Shown: positions 40,456-50,444, counted from the stretch's first letter. The stretch is DNA of 64,000 nt from Nitrosopumilus sp. (GCA_965218695.1 OZ244651.1:1312001-1376000), one strand, 5' to 3'. Numbers and translations: made by a program. Notes: generated by a model not told the origin, from the sequence alone.

Positions 40456-41954
40456 GATATGTCAAGTTCCCGTCTGATCTTGTCCACTGCCCTGATTCCG
40501 TAAATGTCCCTTACCTGCTGAATCCTCAGGGATTCGTTGAGGGTCATTTTGCCCATCGTATTTTTCAGCATGGAATAGACCTCCTCAAACCGAATCTCCC
40601 ACCTGTCAGCACAGTCCAGAATCTTGCTTATGGCCCACTGTCTTACCTCGCGGGGAAGCGGGATCTCCTCGCCTGCCTCGATCGAGATTCTGTCAAACAG
40701 GTTGATAATCTGCACGGTCTGCTGCGCCATCTTCTCCAGATCCACCGAATCCCCGTACTTGGATTCTGCATTCATCCTGATGCCTGACTGGTACTCTGAG
40801 AGCCTTAGCAGCGCCATCATCTCCCTTGAAGAGTCCCCTGATGCCTTGCTTGCCGCACTCTTGATCGCCTGAATATCCTTGAACATGCTCTCCGTTTTTT
40901 TGTGAAATTCTGCGTTTCCTGCATCCTGCCTCTTTATCATCTCAGAGGCAGATGCAATCTTCTGCTCTATGCCGTCGGTTCTCTCAAGCATGCCTTCCCT
41001 GAGGCTGTTCAGATCCGACTGGACCGACTTGAGTCCCTCCCCTACAAACGCCGTCGAGTCTGCCCTGCGTGACAGTGTCCCGATATCGGTCTCTATCCTG
41101 TCTATCTTGCCTGCAAGATCACTGACTGACCTCACGCACATGCTGTTTGTGTCCGTGGCATCTGCGGCAACTGCCTTGAACTGATTCTGAAGATTCTCTA
41201 TGACGCCGCCCAGCGAGTCGATCCTTGAGGCCTTTGCCGATATGGCGTCAATCGTTGACCTGATCGCGTTCAGTTCGGAGCCAAGATTGGAATCTGAGGA
41301 GACCTTCTCGGCAATCCTTCCAAGCTCGTCCTTGATGTCTTCAATAACGTGCGTCCCTGCATCCAGCCTTGCAGTCTTTTCTGATATGCCGTCTATGCTC
41401 TTTTTGAGCCTGTCAATGTCGCTGCCAATCTCCAAAAGCGAGTCCGTCCTTCCTGAGACATCTCTGAGTTCGTCTCTTACCTCGTCGATTCTCTGTGCAA
41501 TCCTGATGATCATCTTGGCGTTGTTCTGGATTGAATGCATGCTGTCCTCGACCTGCCGTGCAATCTCCCCGGTGTTTGATGCCTCCTGTATCTTCTGGAC
41601 CCTGCTCACCTCCTCCTGCAGCCTTGCAGTCTGATCGTTGAGCCTTCCTATCACGTCCGACTTGGACTTTACGCGATTCAGGCCGGCATACAGCTTTTGT
41701 GTATCCTCCTCCATTATGCTGATCTGCTTTGAGTGCTTTTGGACATGCTCCAGCGTCGATGTCAGCGCATCCATCATATTCTTCATTGAGACAAGTATCT
41801 TTTGATTGTCCGCAAAGATCTTTGACATTGCCTTGATCTCCTTTTGCAGTGCCTTTGTAGAGTCCGAGACTGATGCGACCTTCTTTAAAAGTGCGGCCGG
41901 ACTCGGCTCCCTCTTCCTTGCAGCCCCAGTAGTCTTTTTTGCGGTACCTGCCAT
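40452..41954 (-). CDS. Long coiled-coil protein of unknown function
   Basis: Heptad-rich over about 380 aa, with a globular C-terminus. Confidence 0.85.
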   Translation of the reverse strand: MAGTAKKTTGAARKREPSPAALLKKVASVSDSTKALQKEIKAMSKIFADNQKILVSMKNMMDALTSTLEHVQKHSKQISIMEEDTQKLYAGLNRVKSKSDVIGRLNDQTARLQEEVSRVQKIQEASNTGEIARQVEDSMHSIQNNAKMIIRIAQRIDEVRDELRDVSGRTDSLLEIGSDIDRLKKSIDGISEKTARLDAGTHVIEDIKDELGRIAEKVSSDSNLGSELNAIRSTIDAISAKASRIDSLGGVIENLQNQFKAVAADATDTNSMCVRSVSDLAGKIDRIETDIGTLSRRADSTAFVGEGLKSVQSDLNSLREGMLERTDGIEQKIASASEMIKRQDAGNAEFHKKTESMFKDIQAIKSAASKASGDSSREMMALLRLSEYQSGIRMNAESKYGDSVDLEKMAQQTVQIINLFDRISIEAGEEIPLPREVRQWAISKILDCADRWEIRFEEVYSMLKNTMGKMTLNESLRIQQVRDIYGIRAVDKIRRELDIS

Positions 41955-42139
41955 GCATTCCATTCAAAAAATTATCATAAAAGAGTTGGGCTAGTTGACT
42001 ACTTTAGGACCGTGGAGAATCTCATGAAATGTCTTTTCGGCCATCCCGTCTGCGGTTGCCGTGAAAGACATGGTGCAGTGTTGGCATCGAATCATATGGT
42101 ACTGTATAGTACGGTACTACTAATACTTTGTGGGGCCAG

Positions 42140-44111
42140 CAGTTAACGCGGAAGTAATAGCAAATTAATACATAATTGGATCGAATACATATTCTAATAT
42201 CCATGTTGGAAGCCCAAACAAGACAAATCCCGCATGGCCCGGATTGCCGGCACGGGCATGACGGTGCCTGATACATACGACAGGCACCGCATGATGCAAA
42301 AAGGCGGATGTCCCGTGGCAGAACAGTGCCATTCAAGATCTTCAGGCATGGCAGCGCAGCGTCCCTGCCAATCCCCGCGGCAGGCGGCAAGGCATGGCCT
42401 ACTGCAGGGGCCGGCCGGTGTTTTGGATGCGGCCTGCCGTGCATCCGTCCGTACGGCAGCAGCAGCAGGGGCAGTGCCTGTCCGGCGGCTTGCGCTTGGC
42501 AAGATGCCATGGAACGACCATCAGCAGGAGAATCAGCTTCATGTCAGTCTGCCTCACCTTGGCGTAGACGCCGCCCGGATTGCGCGTCAGCCCGGCGTTT
42601 GCAAGGATCCATACGTTGAACAGGATCACAGAGTAGAGAAAGCAGAACAGCCTGGCGGTGCTGTTGCTGCTGCGCGTCCTTGCCCTTTGGTTCTCTATCA
42701 TCCTGTATCCCGTTTCTATTACCCATCTCTTGGAGTACAGGTCGATGTTGATTCCGGGCACGCTTGTGGCAAACGCGATGTATCTCTCCTCGGGCTTTTT
42801 GCTGTCCGATTTCCTGCCCTTTCTTTTGCGATTTGTTATTATCATGGTGTATTCCTCGTAATCCTTCTTGGTCTTTGCTATGCGGAACCTGGACACTGTC
42901 ATGCGCTCCCCGCGGTCAAACTGCGCGATGGCCCGGACCACGTTGGGCGTGTTGACGCACGGCATCAGGTAGTCCACGCCCATCTCATTGAGCGCCCTGA
43001 TGACGTCGGTGGAAAAGAATTCCCGGTCAAGCATGGCGATCCCGATCTTGATCCTGTTGTCCATGCATGTCCGGATTATCCGGCGCACAAAATCAGAGGC
43101 GTCCTCGAGGGCTGGCATGTGAAGCACCCCCAACGCGATGTGCATTCCCCCGTTGACGCACTGCGCCGTGATGTACCGCTCAAAAAGGCCGGTCTTGCCC
43201 TTGCTCTTTGAGCGCACCACCTCGGCCCCGTGCTTGCGGTCCCAGCGCGGTATCAGGTGCATGTCTATGGCAACGTCCATCTTCCTGCCTGCAAGCATGC
43301 CCAGCTCCTGCAGCCTGTCCAGTTGAGATCCTACCTTTTTGTTAAACGCCCCCATCAGCCTGTCCCTCTCGATCCTGGAGATCATGTCGCGGATCCACTC
43401 GCCGCTGGCTGCGCGGCGGTGTGATTTCCCAAGCCCGTGCAGCAGGGCCGCGGCGTTGCGCAGGGCCGACGCGCATCCGAATACCGAGACGCCAAGCACG
43501 GCAGCTGCAATCAGGATTCTGTGAAAATCTGCAGGTCCGTACGTGGCGTTGTTCCTTTTGGGGGATGGAAGGCCCGGATCAAACACCCCGGATATCTCGT
43601 CCATGACGTGTCCGCCCATGTCCGGATTGTTTTTCAGGGAACGCTGCATGCGGCCTGGCAGGCGGGGCGCGTCTGCACCTCCAGGCGCATCCTGTCTGAC
43701 CGGGTCCCGTTTCAGGCAACCCGGCAAGCCTTAAATTCCAATTCCGTGAAGCCGATATGGGTGTGAGCCCGTTTCTGGTAGTGCATTGACGGGTACTCTC
43801 ACTCCATTCTTTTAAGCTGCAATGGCATGCGATTTGCACCTGCTGGCAACTATTTTTGGCAACGCCTGCAGGCTCATTGCAGATACGCACGGGACGGCGC
43901 GGGCGTGTCCTGCCTGTCAGGCTGGATCTTTTACTTCTGTGTTAACTGCATGGGCACTGCCACCGACACCCGGTACCGCCATGCCCACGCCATGCATCTA
44001 GATCATGCAGGCAGGACAAGACATTGGCATGTTTGAGGCTTTCAACATGGGTATTGGAATAGGCATTCTATCCAATCATGCACTAAATTGTTGCTACTTC
44101 TGCGTTAACTG
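42140..44111 (-). mobile_element. ISH3-like element with long outer inverted repeats and a third internal end (43931-43948)
   Basis: TSD GCCAG at 42135-42139 and 44112-44116; ends cagttaacgc(g/a)gaagta; outer ends match 61/75. Confidence 0.88.
42399..43727 (-). CDS. DDE transposase (ISH3-like), paralogue of 2907-4043; start uncertain
   Basis: VAIDMHLIPRWDR, MLDREFFS, YLMPC, YSKRWVIETGY. Confidence 0.9.
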   Translation of the reverse strand: MPGCLKRDPVRQDAPGGADAPRLPGRMQRSLKNNPDMGGHVMDEISGVFDPGLPSPKRNNATYGPADFHRILIAAAVLGVSVFGCASALRNAAALLHGLGKSHRRAASGEWIRDMISRIERDRLMGAFNKKVGSQLDRLQELGMLAGRKMDVAIDMHLIPRWDRKHGAEVVRSKSKGKTGLFERYITAQCVNGGMHIALGVLHMPALEDASDFVRRIIRTCMDNRIKIGIAMLDREFFSTDVIRALNEMGVDYLMPCVNTPNVVRAIAQFDRGERMTVSRFRIAKTKKDYEEYTMIITNRKRKGRKSDSKKPEERYIAFATSVPGINIDLYSKRWVIETGYRMIENQRARTRSSNSTARLFCFLYSVILFNVWILANAGLTRNPGGVYAKVRQTDMKLILLLMVVPWHLAKRKPPDRHCPCCCCRTDGCTAGRIQNTGRPLQ

Positions 44112-44683
44112 GCCAGATTGCACGGCCTGCCGCCACGTGTTAAAGAGGCACCTGCCTCTCTTCCATTCCTGTAATGCCATGCCTGTGGCCTGGTGCTGCA
44201 TCCCCTGCAGCATGGCTGTCTTTGGCAGAATCTGCCTGATGTGGCACTCGACTGCTTTTATGCGCCGTCCGTCAGGACCTTGTCTTGGCATCTGCTACTG
44301 CCACTGCATGTGATGGCCATCGGCGGTTCCTTATGCGAACCGTCTGGGCTCTGGTTCTGCAGTATGACTGGCACCAGAACCCAAACACGGTATTAACCTA
44401 ATGCAGTCAGATACCCCAGGTCATGTCTCCACATCCGGTTTCAGTCGACCTGCTCATCACCCTGCACTTGGTCATGTGACTGTCTGTTTGTGTGGTTACA
44501 TGACAATAAAGGGATTTGGCATGCGCTGTATCTCCAGGCCGCATGAGTTCGTGAGTCATACGTCCCACGGCATGGTGCGGTCTGGCCTGCAGATTATGAT
44601 GCCGGATTCGTATCGATTCCGGGGTATGGGCACCATTGCCATGGTATCCATTTTTAAGAGTACTGTGTAAACTGTTAGTTAGT

Positions 44684-46009
44684 ATGCAGAATTTCTTTCT
44701 TCAGCTGGATTCGTCGGTAATTCAAGACTCGTTCAACAGTACTGTAACCACCATTATTGACCAGGTCACTCCTGGATTTTACCATACCAACTTTATCACT
44801 GATCTGGCTTTTATCATGATTATTGGGGCCATAGTCGCCCTTGCATTCTTTAAGATACGGCAGCCGCTGATCATCGGATATCTCTTTGCGGGAATGCTGA
44901 TAGGCCCACTCTCGCCGTTCTGGTCATGGATTCTGCCTGACGGAAGGGATCCCAGCATCTTCGGCGAGGTGGGGCTGCTGGCTGACATCTCTGCCCTGCA
45001 CCTCTTTGCCGACATCGGAGTCATACTGCTCTTGTTTGTCATTGGAATCGAGTTCCCGTATGCAAAGATTCGAAGCGTAGGCCGGGCCACCATAGGCGTG
45101 GGCACGATGGGACTGCTCATGTCGCTGGGAGCCATATTCTACGTGGCGACTGCGCTTGGGCTGGAGTTCATGGACGCCCTGTTTATTGCAGCGGCCCTGT
45201 CAATCTCCAGCACTGCTGTAATCATCAAGATTCTGGAGGATGCAGGAAAGATCCACCGAAAGTCGTCCATCCAGATTCTTGGAATCCTGATCGTGGAGGA
45301 TGTAATTGCCGTAATACTGCTCAGCTCGCTGCAGTCTGTTGCCCTGATTGGAACCGTATCCCCAGAGTCAATTGCAGCTGTTGTGGCAGTCGCCGCTGCA
45401 CTGATTCTTGGAACGTTTGCAGTCGGCACTCGCATGATCACGCCCCTGATTGACAAGGTTGCGGCAACCGAGCACCGTGAAATCCTGCTGCTTACCATTC
45501 TTGGAATCTGCTTTGGATACGCCCTGCTGACAAACGTTGTGGGACTCTCTGTTGCAATCGGGGCGTTCCTGGCAGGGGTGCTTGTGGCCGAATCAAAGTC
45601 GGCCGAAGTGGCCAAGCTGCTCTCAAGTCCGATCAAGGACATGTTCGTGGCAATATTTTTCATATCCATAGGAGCCCTGATGGACATTACGAACATTGGC
45701 GACTATATGCTCATCGCCGTCGCACTGATTGCAGTAGCCATCGTCACAAAGTTTGGGGGAAACACGATTGCCACTCTGATATTCCGCCGGCGGCACGGAA
45801 ACGCGTTTCGCTCCGCATTTACCCTGGCTGCGCCAAGAGGTGAGTTCTCGATCGTAATTATAAAGACCGGCGTGGATATAGGTGCAGTCAGCGCTTTTCT
45901 CTTTCCGATGATGGGGATGATCGCAATAATCACCTCGTTTCTTACACCATACACGATACGGGCCGGAGACAAGATACTTTCAACGGATGAGCAGGACGAC
46001 AATGTCTGA
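44684..46009 (+). CDS. CPA2-family cation:proton antiporter
   Basis: GYLFAGMLIGP, SISSTAV, LIVED, PRGEFS. Confidence 0.92.
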   Translation: MQNFFLQLDSSVIQDSFNSTVTTIIDQVTPGFYHTNFITDLAFIMIIGAIVALAFFKIRQPLIIGYLFAGMLIGPLSPFWSWILPDGRDPSIFGEVGLLADISALHLFADIGVILLLFVIGIEFPYAKIRSVGRATIGVGTMGLLMSLGAIFYVATALGLEFMDALFIAAALSISSTAVIIKILEDAGKIHRKSSIQILGILIVEDVIAVILLSSLQSVALIGTVSPESIAAVVAVAAALILGTFAVGTRMITPLIDKVAATEHREILLLTILGICFGYALLTNVVGLSVAIGAFLAGVLVAESKSAEVAKLLSSPIKDMFVAIFFISIGALMDITNIGDYMLIAVALIAVAIVTKFGGNTIATLIFRRRHGNAFRSAFTLAAPRGEFSIVIIKTGVDIGAVSAFLFPMMGMIAIITSFLTPYTIRAGDKILSTDEQDDNV

Positions 46010-46442
46010 GGAACTAGAGAGGCTGCTCGGTCAGGTGCATGACGGAGTCACCACCTTTGACTTTGACGGCAGAAGGGTTCCGTGTATTGTTCTTGAGGAG
46101 ACCCGGTATGACGACCTGTTGTCCCAGATTGCAGGCAGGCCCCTCTCGATTGATACCAATCTGAACATCCTGCAGGACGGACTGGGGCATGCCTTTGTGG
46201 AGGTTGTCTTGGAGTTCTCAAAGGGCGGCATGGTTGAAAGATTCATGGTCAATGCAAAAACCGATCTGGCATTCTTTGAATCCCTTGCAGACACCACGAT
46301 GCTTGCACTATCCTCCCCAAGATCCCACTACGGCAAGGATAACGTCTTTATGATTCAGCTGCCCAATCCTGCGAAGGCGCAGGATGCCCTGACAATAATC
46401 AGGACAGCCCTGAAGCCCGATGGTGCAGTTACCGGGATTTGA
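46002..46442 (+). CDS. Hypothetical protein; 3' end overlaps the antisense tRNA-Gly
   Basis: 146-aa ORF coupled to the antiporter. Confidence 0.8.
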   Translation: MSEELERLLGQVHDGVTTFDFDGRRVPCIVLEETRYDDLLSQIAGRPLSIDTNLNILQDGLGHAFVEVVLEFSKGGMVERFMVNAKTDLAFFESLADTTMLALSSPRSHYGKDNVFMIQLPNPAKAQDALTIIRTALKPDGAVTGI

Positions 46443-46497
46443 ACCCGGGTCACGAACTTGGCAAGCTCGCATAATAACCAAACTATACTATAACTGC
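46421..46497 (-). tRNA. tRNA-Gly(GCC), CCA encoded
   Basis: Reverse complement gcagtta...cgagc-tt-gcc-aa-gttcg...ggttcaaatcccgg-taactgc-a-cca. Confidence 0.95.
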
Positions 46498-46560
46498 GAC
46501 AGTTCTAGAATCCGGATTTGAATATTAAACTGTTTTTAACAGTCAAGACCAACATTAGTC

Positions 46561-46824
46561 GTGAATGGGGTGATTCTTGAGCGGCTGGAACAGAAGATTC
46601 GGGAGACTGTTTCAAACAAGGATGAGATACTGCAGCTGGCCAGATCCCTTTCTGAGGCGGACGGTTCCCGGTCGTTTGTACTGGGAATGGTAATGGGGAG
46701 GCTCTACAATGCATTCTACTATCAGTCAAGAAGGGTGCTTGGACGCGAACCGACCAAAGAGGAGTTTGAAGAGTTCTTGGTGTTCGTAAGGGGTAGGAGG
46801 CAGCAGTTGGAGGGCCTATGGTGA
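46561..46824 (+). CDS. Small hypothetical protein
   Basis: 87-aa ORF; GRLYNAFYYQSRR...REPTKEEF. Confidence 0.8.
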   Translation: MNGVILERLEQKIRETVSNKDEILQLARSLSEADGSRSFVLGMVMGRLYNAFYYQSRRVLGREPTKEEFEEFLVFVRGRRQQLEGLW

Positions 46825-47325
46825 TGGCTTGTTCCACTCGATTACCTTGATTGTCGGGGTTCCGGGCAGCTTTACGCACGATCCCTTGAGTGCCTTTTTC
46901 GCAGCCTCCAGATGATCACTCCCGTTGACATAAAGTTCTATGATGCACTGGCCCTGTCTGACCCTTGCCCCAAGGCTTGTTGCCTTGCCCCATGCACGCC
47001 TCATTCCCTCCTGAAGCCTGTCTGCGCCTGCAGCGGCAATCATCTTGTTCTCCCTGAGAAGGTTGTGCGGGTATATCCTGAGTCTGGAGTAGTAGCCGGT
47101 CTCCCCGACTGTCTTCTCCAGAGTCTTGTTTGCCGCAAGCCTAGTCGACTCGATGGCCATGTGCCTGATCTGGATCTTCTCATTAATGAGAAGCTGGGCA
47201 CAGTACTGGTACGTTCCCCTCTTGCCGCCCTGAAACTTGGCAATCTTTATCTGTGGTTTTCCCTTGATGTACTGTTTTCGCGTAAATGGCTGACCTGTTC
47301 CGCTTCTGTAGTTGGCACCATGCAT
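46816..47325 (-). CDS. rpl10e: 50S ribosomal protein L10e (uL16)
   Basis: QIRHMAIE, RENKM, GADRLQEGMR. Confidence 0.97.
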   Translation of the reverse strand: MHGANYRSGTGQPFTRKQYIKGKPQIKIAKFQGGKRGTYQYCAQLLINEKIQIRHMAIESTRLAANKTLEKTVGETGYYSRLRIYPHNLLRENKMIAAAGADRLQEGMRRAWGKATSLGARVRQGQCIIELYVNGSDHLEAAKKALKGSCVKLPGTPTIKVIEWNKPSP

Positions 47326-47524
47326 GATACCATCGAACCATGATGCCCATATTTTAACGGTTCACAATGCGCATGTGACCAAACCGTCAGACCTGCCCGC
47401 GCCGATCACAATCCCATCTAGGTCTGCCACGCATTTGTGAGGTGCGGCTGCTGTTGCTGCTGCCTGCCCGGATGCGAACCCTGTGACGCCTCTCCCCGAA
47501 CCGACCGGTCTTCCAAACCGTCGC

Positions 47525-49069
47525 GTATGAATTCACCTGCCCCTTATATCAGTCGACCAACTTCTTCGGCCACGCTCTTGCCATGTGCCCTCCACGTGAG
47601 GACGCACGTGACAAAATCTGCAAGGCGCTTCATGGCCTTGGAGCCGCCCTTGGTCTGCCCGCTTATCTTGCGGAACACCACCAGGTAGCGCAGCGCCCTC
47701 TCGCTGGCGTTGTTTGTAGGCTCGACGCCGGGATGCTCCAGGAACGCAAACATGCGGTGCAGGTGCCTCTCGAGCTTGTCCAGCACCTTTTGCATGTCGT
47801 CATCGTTACCACCACCACCGGCATCGCGGTACCGGTCAAGCACGTCCTGCATGGTGCGGTTCATCGTATGCCGCAGCTGTGGCGAGCGCGCCTCCTGCGC
47901 GGCCAGCAGTTTTGCCCTCTCAAACACCCACTTGTGGTCCTCGTGGAGCTGCTGCTGCCGCCGCCGGACACGTTTGGTCTCGGGAGGCACGGCGCAGTAT
48001 TTTTCTGCCAGGTGCCTTGTCTGCCGGAGGTCGTGCGCCCAGCACGACTGGTGCATGCCGCCCTTGTCAAACCTGTCATATCCGTTGTACCCGTCAGTTA
48101 TCGCCACCCCGTCAAATTTGTCCATGGCATCGAGCATGAGCGTGGCCCTGCTCTGGCTGATGTTTATTGCGATGTTTTTGCCCGACTGTGCCACGTTTGC
48201 GTGTACCTTCTGGCCGTCGTTTCGCCAGCTGGTTTCGTCAAACCCGGCACAGTCAGAAGCCTCCACTTCCCCGAGGATCCTGCCTGCCTCGTGGCCCGAG
48301 GCGTCCCCGACGCGTGCCATGATGTTGTTGACGGTGGATCCTGCAAGCATAATGCCCGTTATGGAGCGCACCGCGACCGAGATTCCCTTGAGCGGCACCC
48401 GTGCCGCGCGCAGTTCTGAGACGAGTCCGACCATGCCCTTGCCGAAGTTGCCCCGCCGCGGCAGGTCGTTTGGAGCATCTTCCCTGCGGCCGCATGAGCC
48501 GCATACTGCAGTCTCCACGCGGTGCCGCGTCTCGCACGCAGTCACCCTGATGTCCGTGATGTCCCGCACGCGCGGACTGCCAATCGCCATCCGGCCGCCG
48601 CCGCCGCCGCACCCGCATTCCGGGAGCACCGGCACCCGCCTCCTGCCCGACTTCCTGCGCCCGAACCTGTGGGATACGGTCCTTTCCGGGTCGTGGGGGC
48701 GCGACGCCCCCGCGTGTCCCTTTCTTCCCCCGCGCTTGGATTTGCCCTCCTTTTCCTGTTTTTTTGCCCGCTCCCTCTTCTGGGCCTTCCATTCCAGGGA
48801 TTCAGATGAGGGCGGCGTGTTGGGGTTTGTATAGTATGTCATGAGGCGTTCGCTGTACCCCAAGGCCCTTTCAAGACGTTCTATCCTGCCAAGTGCCTTC
48901 TCAAGATCGGATTTGAGGGTGGCAATCTCCCGGTTCCGTGCTAGGAGTTCCTCTTTTAGCTGGTCCCTGCTCATGTGCCGTGAATTTACCATGTAAAGTG
49001 ATGTGTATTGCCAGCATATGGATCAGTATGATCATTTTTTTGTGACAGGAAGGACAGGTGAATTCATAC
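47525..49069 (-). mobile_element. IS66-family single-ORF (ISBst12-like) element, 1545 bp
   Basis: Perfect 15-bp IR gtatgaattcacctg; 8-bp TSD ACCGTCGC at 47517-47524 and 49070-49077. Confidence 0.95.
47544..48992 (-). CDS. IS66 transposase
   Basis: Leucine zipper, NTPPSS, GGRKGH, Zn finger, DETSW, TDGY, QSCWAH, PTNNASERALR. Confidence 0.95.
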   Translation of the reverse strand: MVNSRHMSRDQLKEELLARNREIATLKSDLEKALGRIERLERALGYSERLMTYYTNPNTPPSSESLEWKAQKRERAKKQEKEGKSKRGGRKGHAGASRPHDPERTVSHRFGRRKSGRRRVPVLPECGCGGGGGRMAIGSPRVRDITDIRVTACETRHRVETAVCGSCGRREDAPNDLPRRGNFGKGMVGLVSELRAARVPLKGISVAVRSITGIMLAGSTVNNIMARVGDASGHEAGRILGEVEASDCAGFDETSWRNDGQKVHANVAQSGKNIAINISQSRATLMLDAMDKFDGVAITDGYNGYDRFDKGGMHQSCWAHDLRQTRHLAEKYCAVPPETKRVRRRQQQLHEDHKWVFERAKLLAAQEARSPQLRHTMNRTMQDVLDRYRDAGGGGNDDDMQKVLDKLERHLHRMFAFLEHPGVEPTNNASERALRYLVVFRKISGQTKGGSKAMKRLADFVTCVLTWRAHGKSVAEEVGRLI

Positions 49070-49120
49070 ACCGTCGCCATTCCAATATTTATATGGAAAC
49101 CATCAGGCACCCATCATATC

Positions 49121-49687
49121 ATGGATGAGACTCCGCTGGTTACCGGTAAGCTGATCTCCTCACGCGTATACGTATCTGACCGGGAGATGATCCACGAGCT
49201 TGAGCAGAAGGGGTTTGGAGACTCCGAAGGAAAGAGACTTGTCTTAAAGCAGTTTGAAACACTCTACCTGCTGTACACCAACCGCCTTACCCTGACCAAG
49301 GGAGGACGGCAGATAGACTTTGACTCCTTTGTCGGCACATGCCAAAAGACTGATCCTGACATACTGACAAGATTCCTGATATATCGTGACCTTCGCAATC
49401 GCGGCTATGTGGTAAAGGACGGCTTTGGCTTCGGTACTGATTTTAGGGTTTATGAGAGGGGGGACTATGGGCAGAAGGGCGCCAAGTTTCTCATATTTGG
49501 CCTCAACGAAGGTCGGCAGGAGAGAATGGGCGCCCTGCAAAAAAAGATTGACGAGATTACGCAGATGGGAAAGGAGCCGATCATTGCAGTCATTGAGCGC
49601 CGCGGCGAAGTCATATACTACAAGATTAACAGGATGAATTTTTATGAAAACAAGTCCACCACATCAGAGGAGCCGTTTGAGGCCTAG
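49121..49687 (+). CDS. endA: tRNA splicing endonuclease subunit, probably the structural type
   Basis: YRDLRNRGYVVKDGFGFGTDFRVY; the catalytic His after this motif is absent. Confidence 0.88.
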   Translation: MDETPLVTGKLISSRVYVSDREMIHELEQKGFGDSEGKRLVLKQFETLYLLYTNRLTLTKGGRQIDFDSFVGTCQKTDPDILTRFLIYRDLRNRGYVVKDGFGFGTDFRVYERGDYGQKGAKFLIFGLNEGRQERMGALQKKIDEITQMGKEPIIAVIERRGEVIYYKINRMNFYENKSTTSEEPFEA

Positions 49688-50334
49688 TACTGCATCAGCC
49701 AGTCCGAGGAGTATTTGAGAAGGCTCTTTCTTTCTGCATGCATAAAGTCATACACGTCCAGATGTTCTGCCTTGTTCTGCCACAGCTGCTCAAAGTGCCC
49801 CATCTTTCTTTTCACCCTTGCCATGTCATTCCATGACGTAAAGACGTCTATTGACTCAAATTCCTTTGTATGGGATGTGATGGCCTCCCTAAAGGTTCCG
49901 GTAAATGCCACCATGTTGTTCTCGCCGTCCCTGAATATCCCAACCCTTTCTGATGCGAAACCTATGATGTGATCTGAGTCTGGCACTGCAACTCTGACCT
50001 GAATGCTGCCCCGTCTGACTGCATCCTTTATCTGCTGGACAACCTCCATGCGCTCTCCCTTGGGAAGTCCAGCCCCTTCGGAGAACAGCTTTGTGAGCAT
50101 GTTCAGGTCATTGACTCTGAGCCTGTGGCTTATGACCATTCTCAGCACTGTGGTGCCGTCTGTAATGTTGTCAAGCCTTGTAGCCATCATGATCAGCGCC
50201 TTGACTGAGAACGTCTCTGCGCACCTGTGATACTCCGTGCAGTTTTCAAGGCATGGGATCAAAAAGTCCTCTGTGATGTTATCCGTGTCAGACCTGTACT
50301 CGTCTTTGAGTTCGATGCCTTTCAGACTCAACAC
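49684..50334 (-). CDS. Stand-alone degenerate PLD-like domain resembling the N-terminus of PLD-SF2 helicase fusions
   Basis: YRSDTDNITEDFLIPCL, ERVGIFRD...VAFTG, FESIDVFTSW, FEQLW. Confidence 0.75.
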   Translation of the reverse strand: MLSLKGIELKDEYRSDTDNITEDFLIPCLENCTEYHRCAETFSVKALIMMATRLDNITDGTTVLRMVISHRLRVNDLNMLTKLFSEGAGLPKGERMEVVQQIKDAVRRGSIQVRVAVPDSDHIIGFASERVGIFRDGENNMVAFTGTFREAITSHTKEFESIDVFTSWNDMARVKRKMGHFEQLWQNKAEHLDVYDFMHAERKSLLKYSSDWLMQY

Positions 50335-50369
50335 TACATGTACGCAGTTTGACTATTTTAGTAATGTAA

Positions 50370-50444
50370 TGCTCCCATCGGGATTTGAACCCGAGTCACT
50401 GCCTTGAGAGGGCAGTATGCTTAACCGGACTACACTATAGGAGC
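50370..50444 (-). tRNA. tRNA-Glu(CTC), CCA not encoded
   Basis: Reverse complement gctccta...ctgcc-ct-ctc-aa-ggcag...ggttcaaatcccga-tgggagc-a. Confidence 0.95.

Noticed and set aside
42234-43211. 325-aa + strand ORF inside the ISH3-like element
   Set aside because: Antisense shadow of a GC-rich transposase
47583-48834. Long + strand ORFs inside IS66 as accessory tnpA/tnpB
   Set aside because: Antisense to the transposase with no HTH or TnpB motifs; the element fits the single-ORF subgroup
46421-50444. tRNA-anchored integrated island
   Set aside because: No integrase and no duplicated tRNA 3' end seen; the intervening genes (rpl10e, endA) are core
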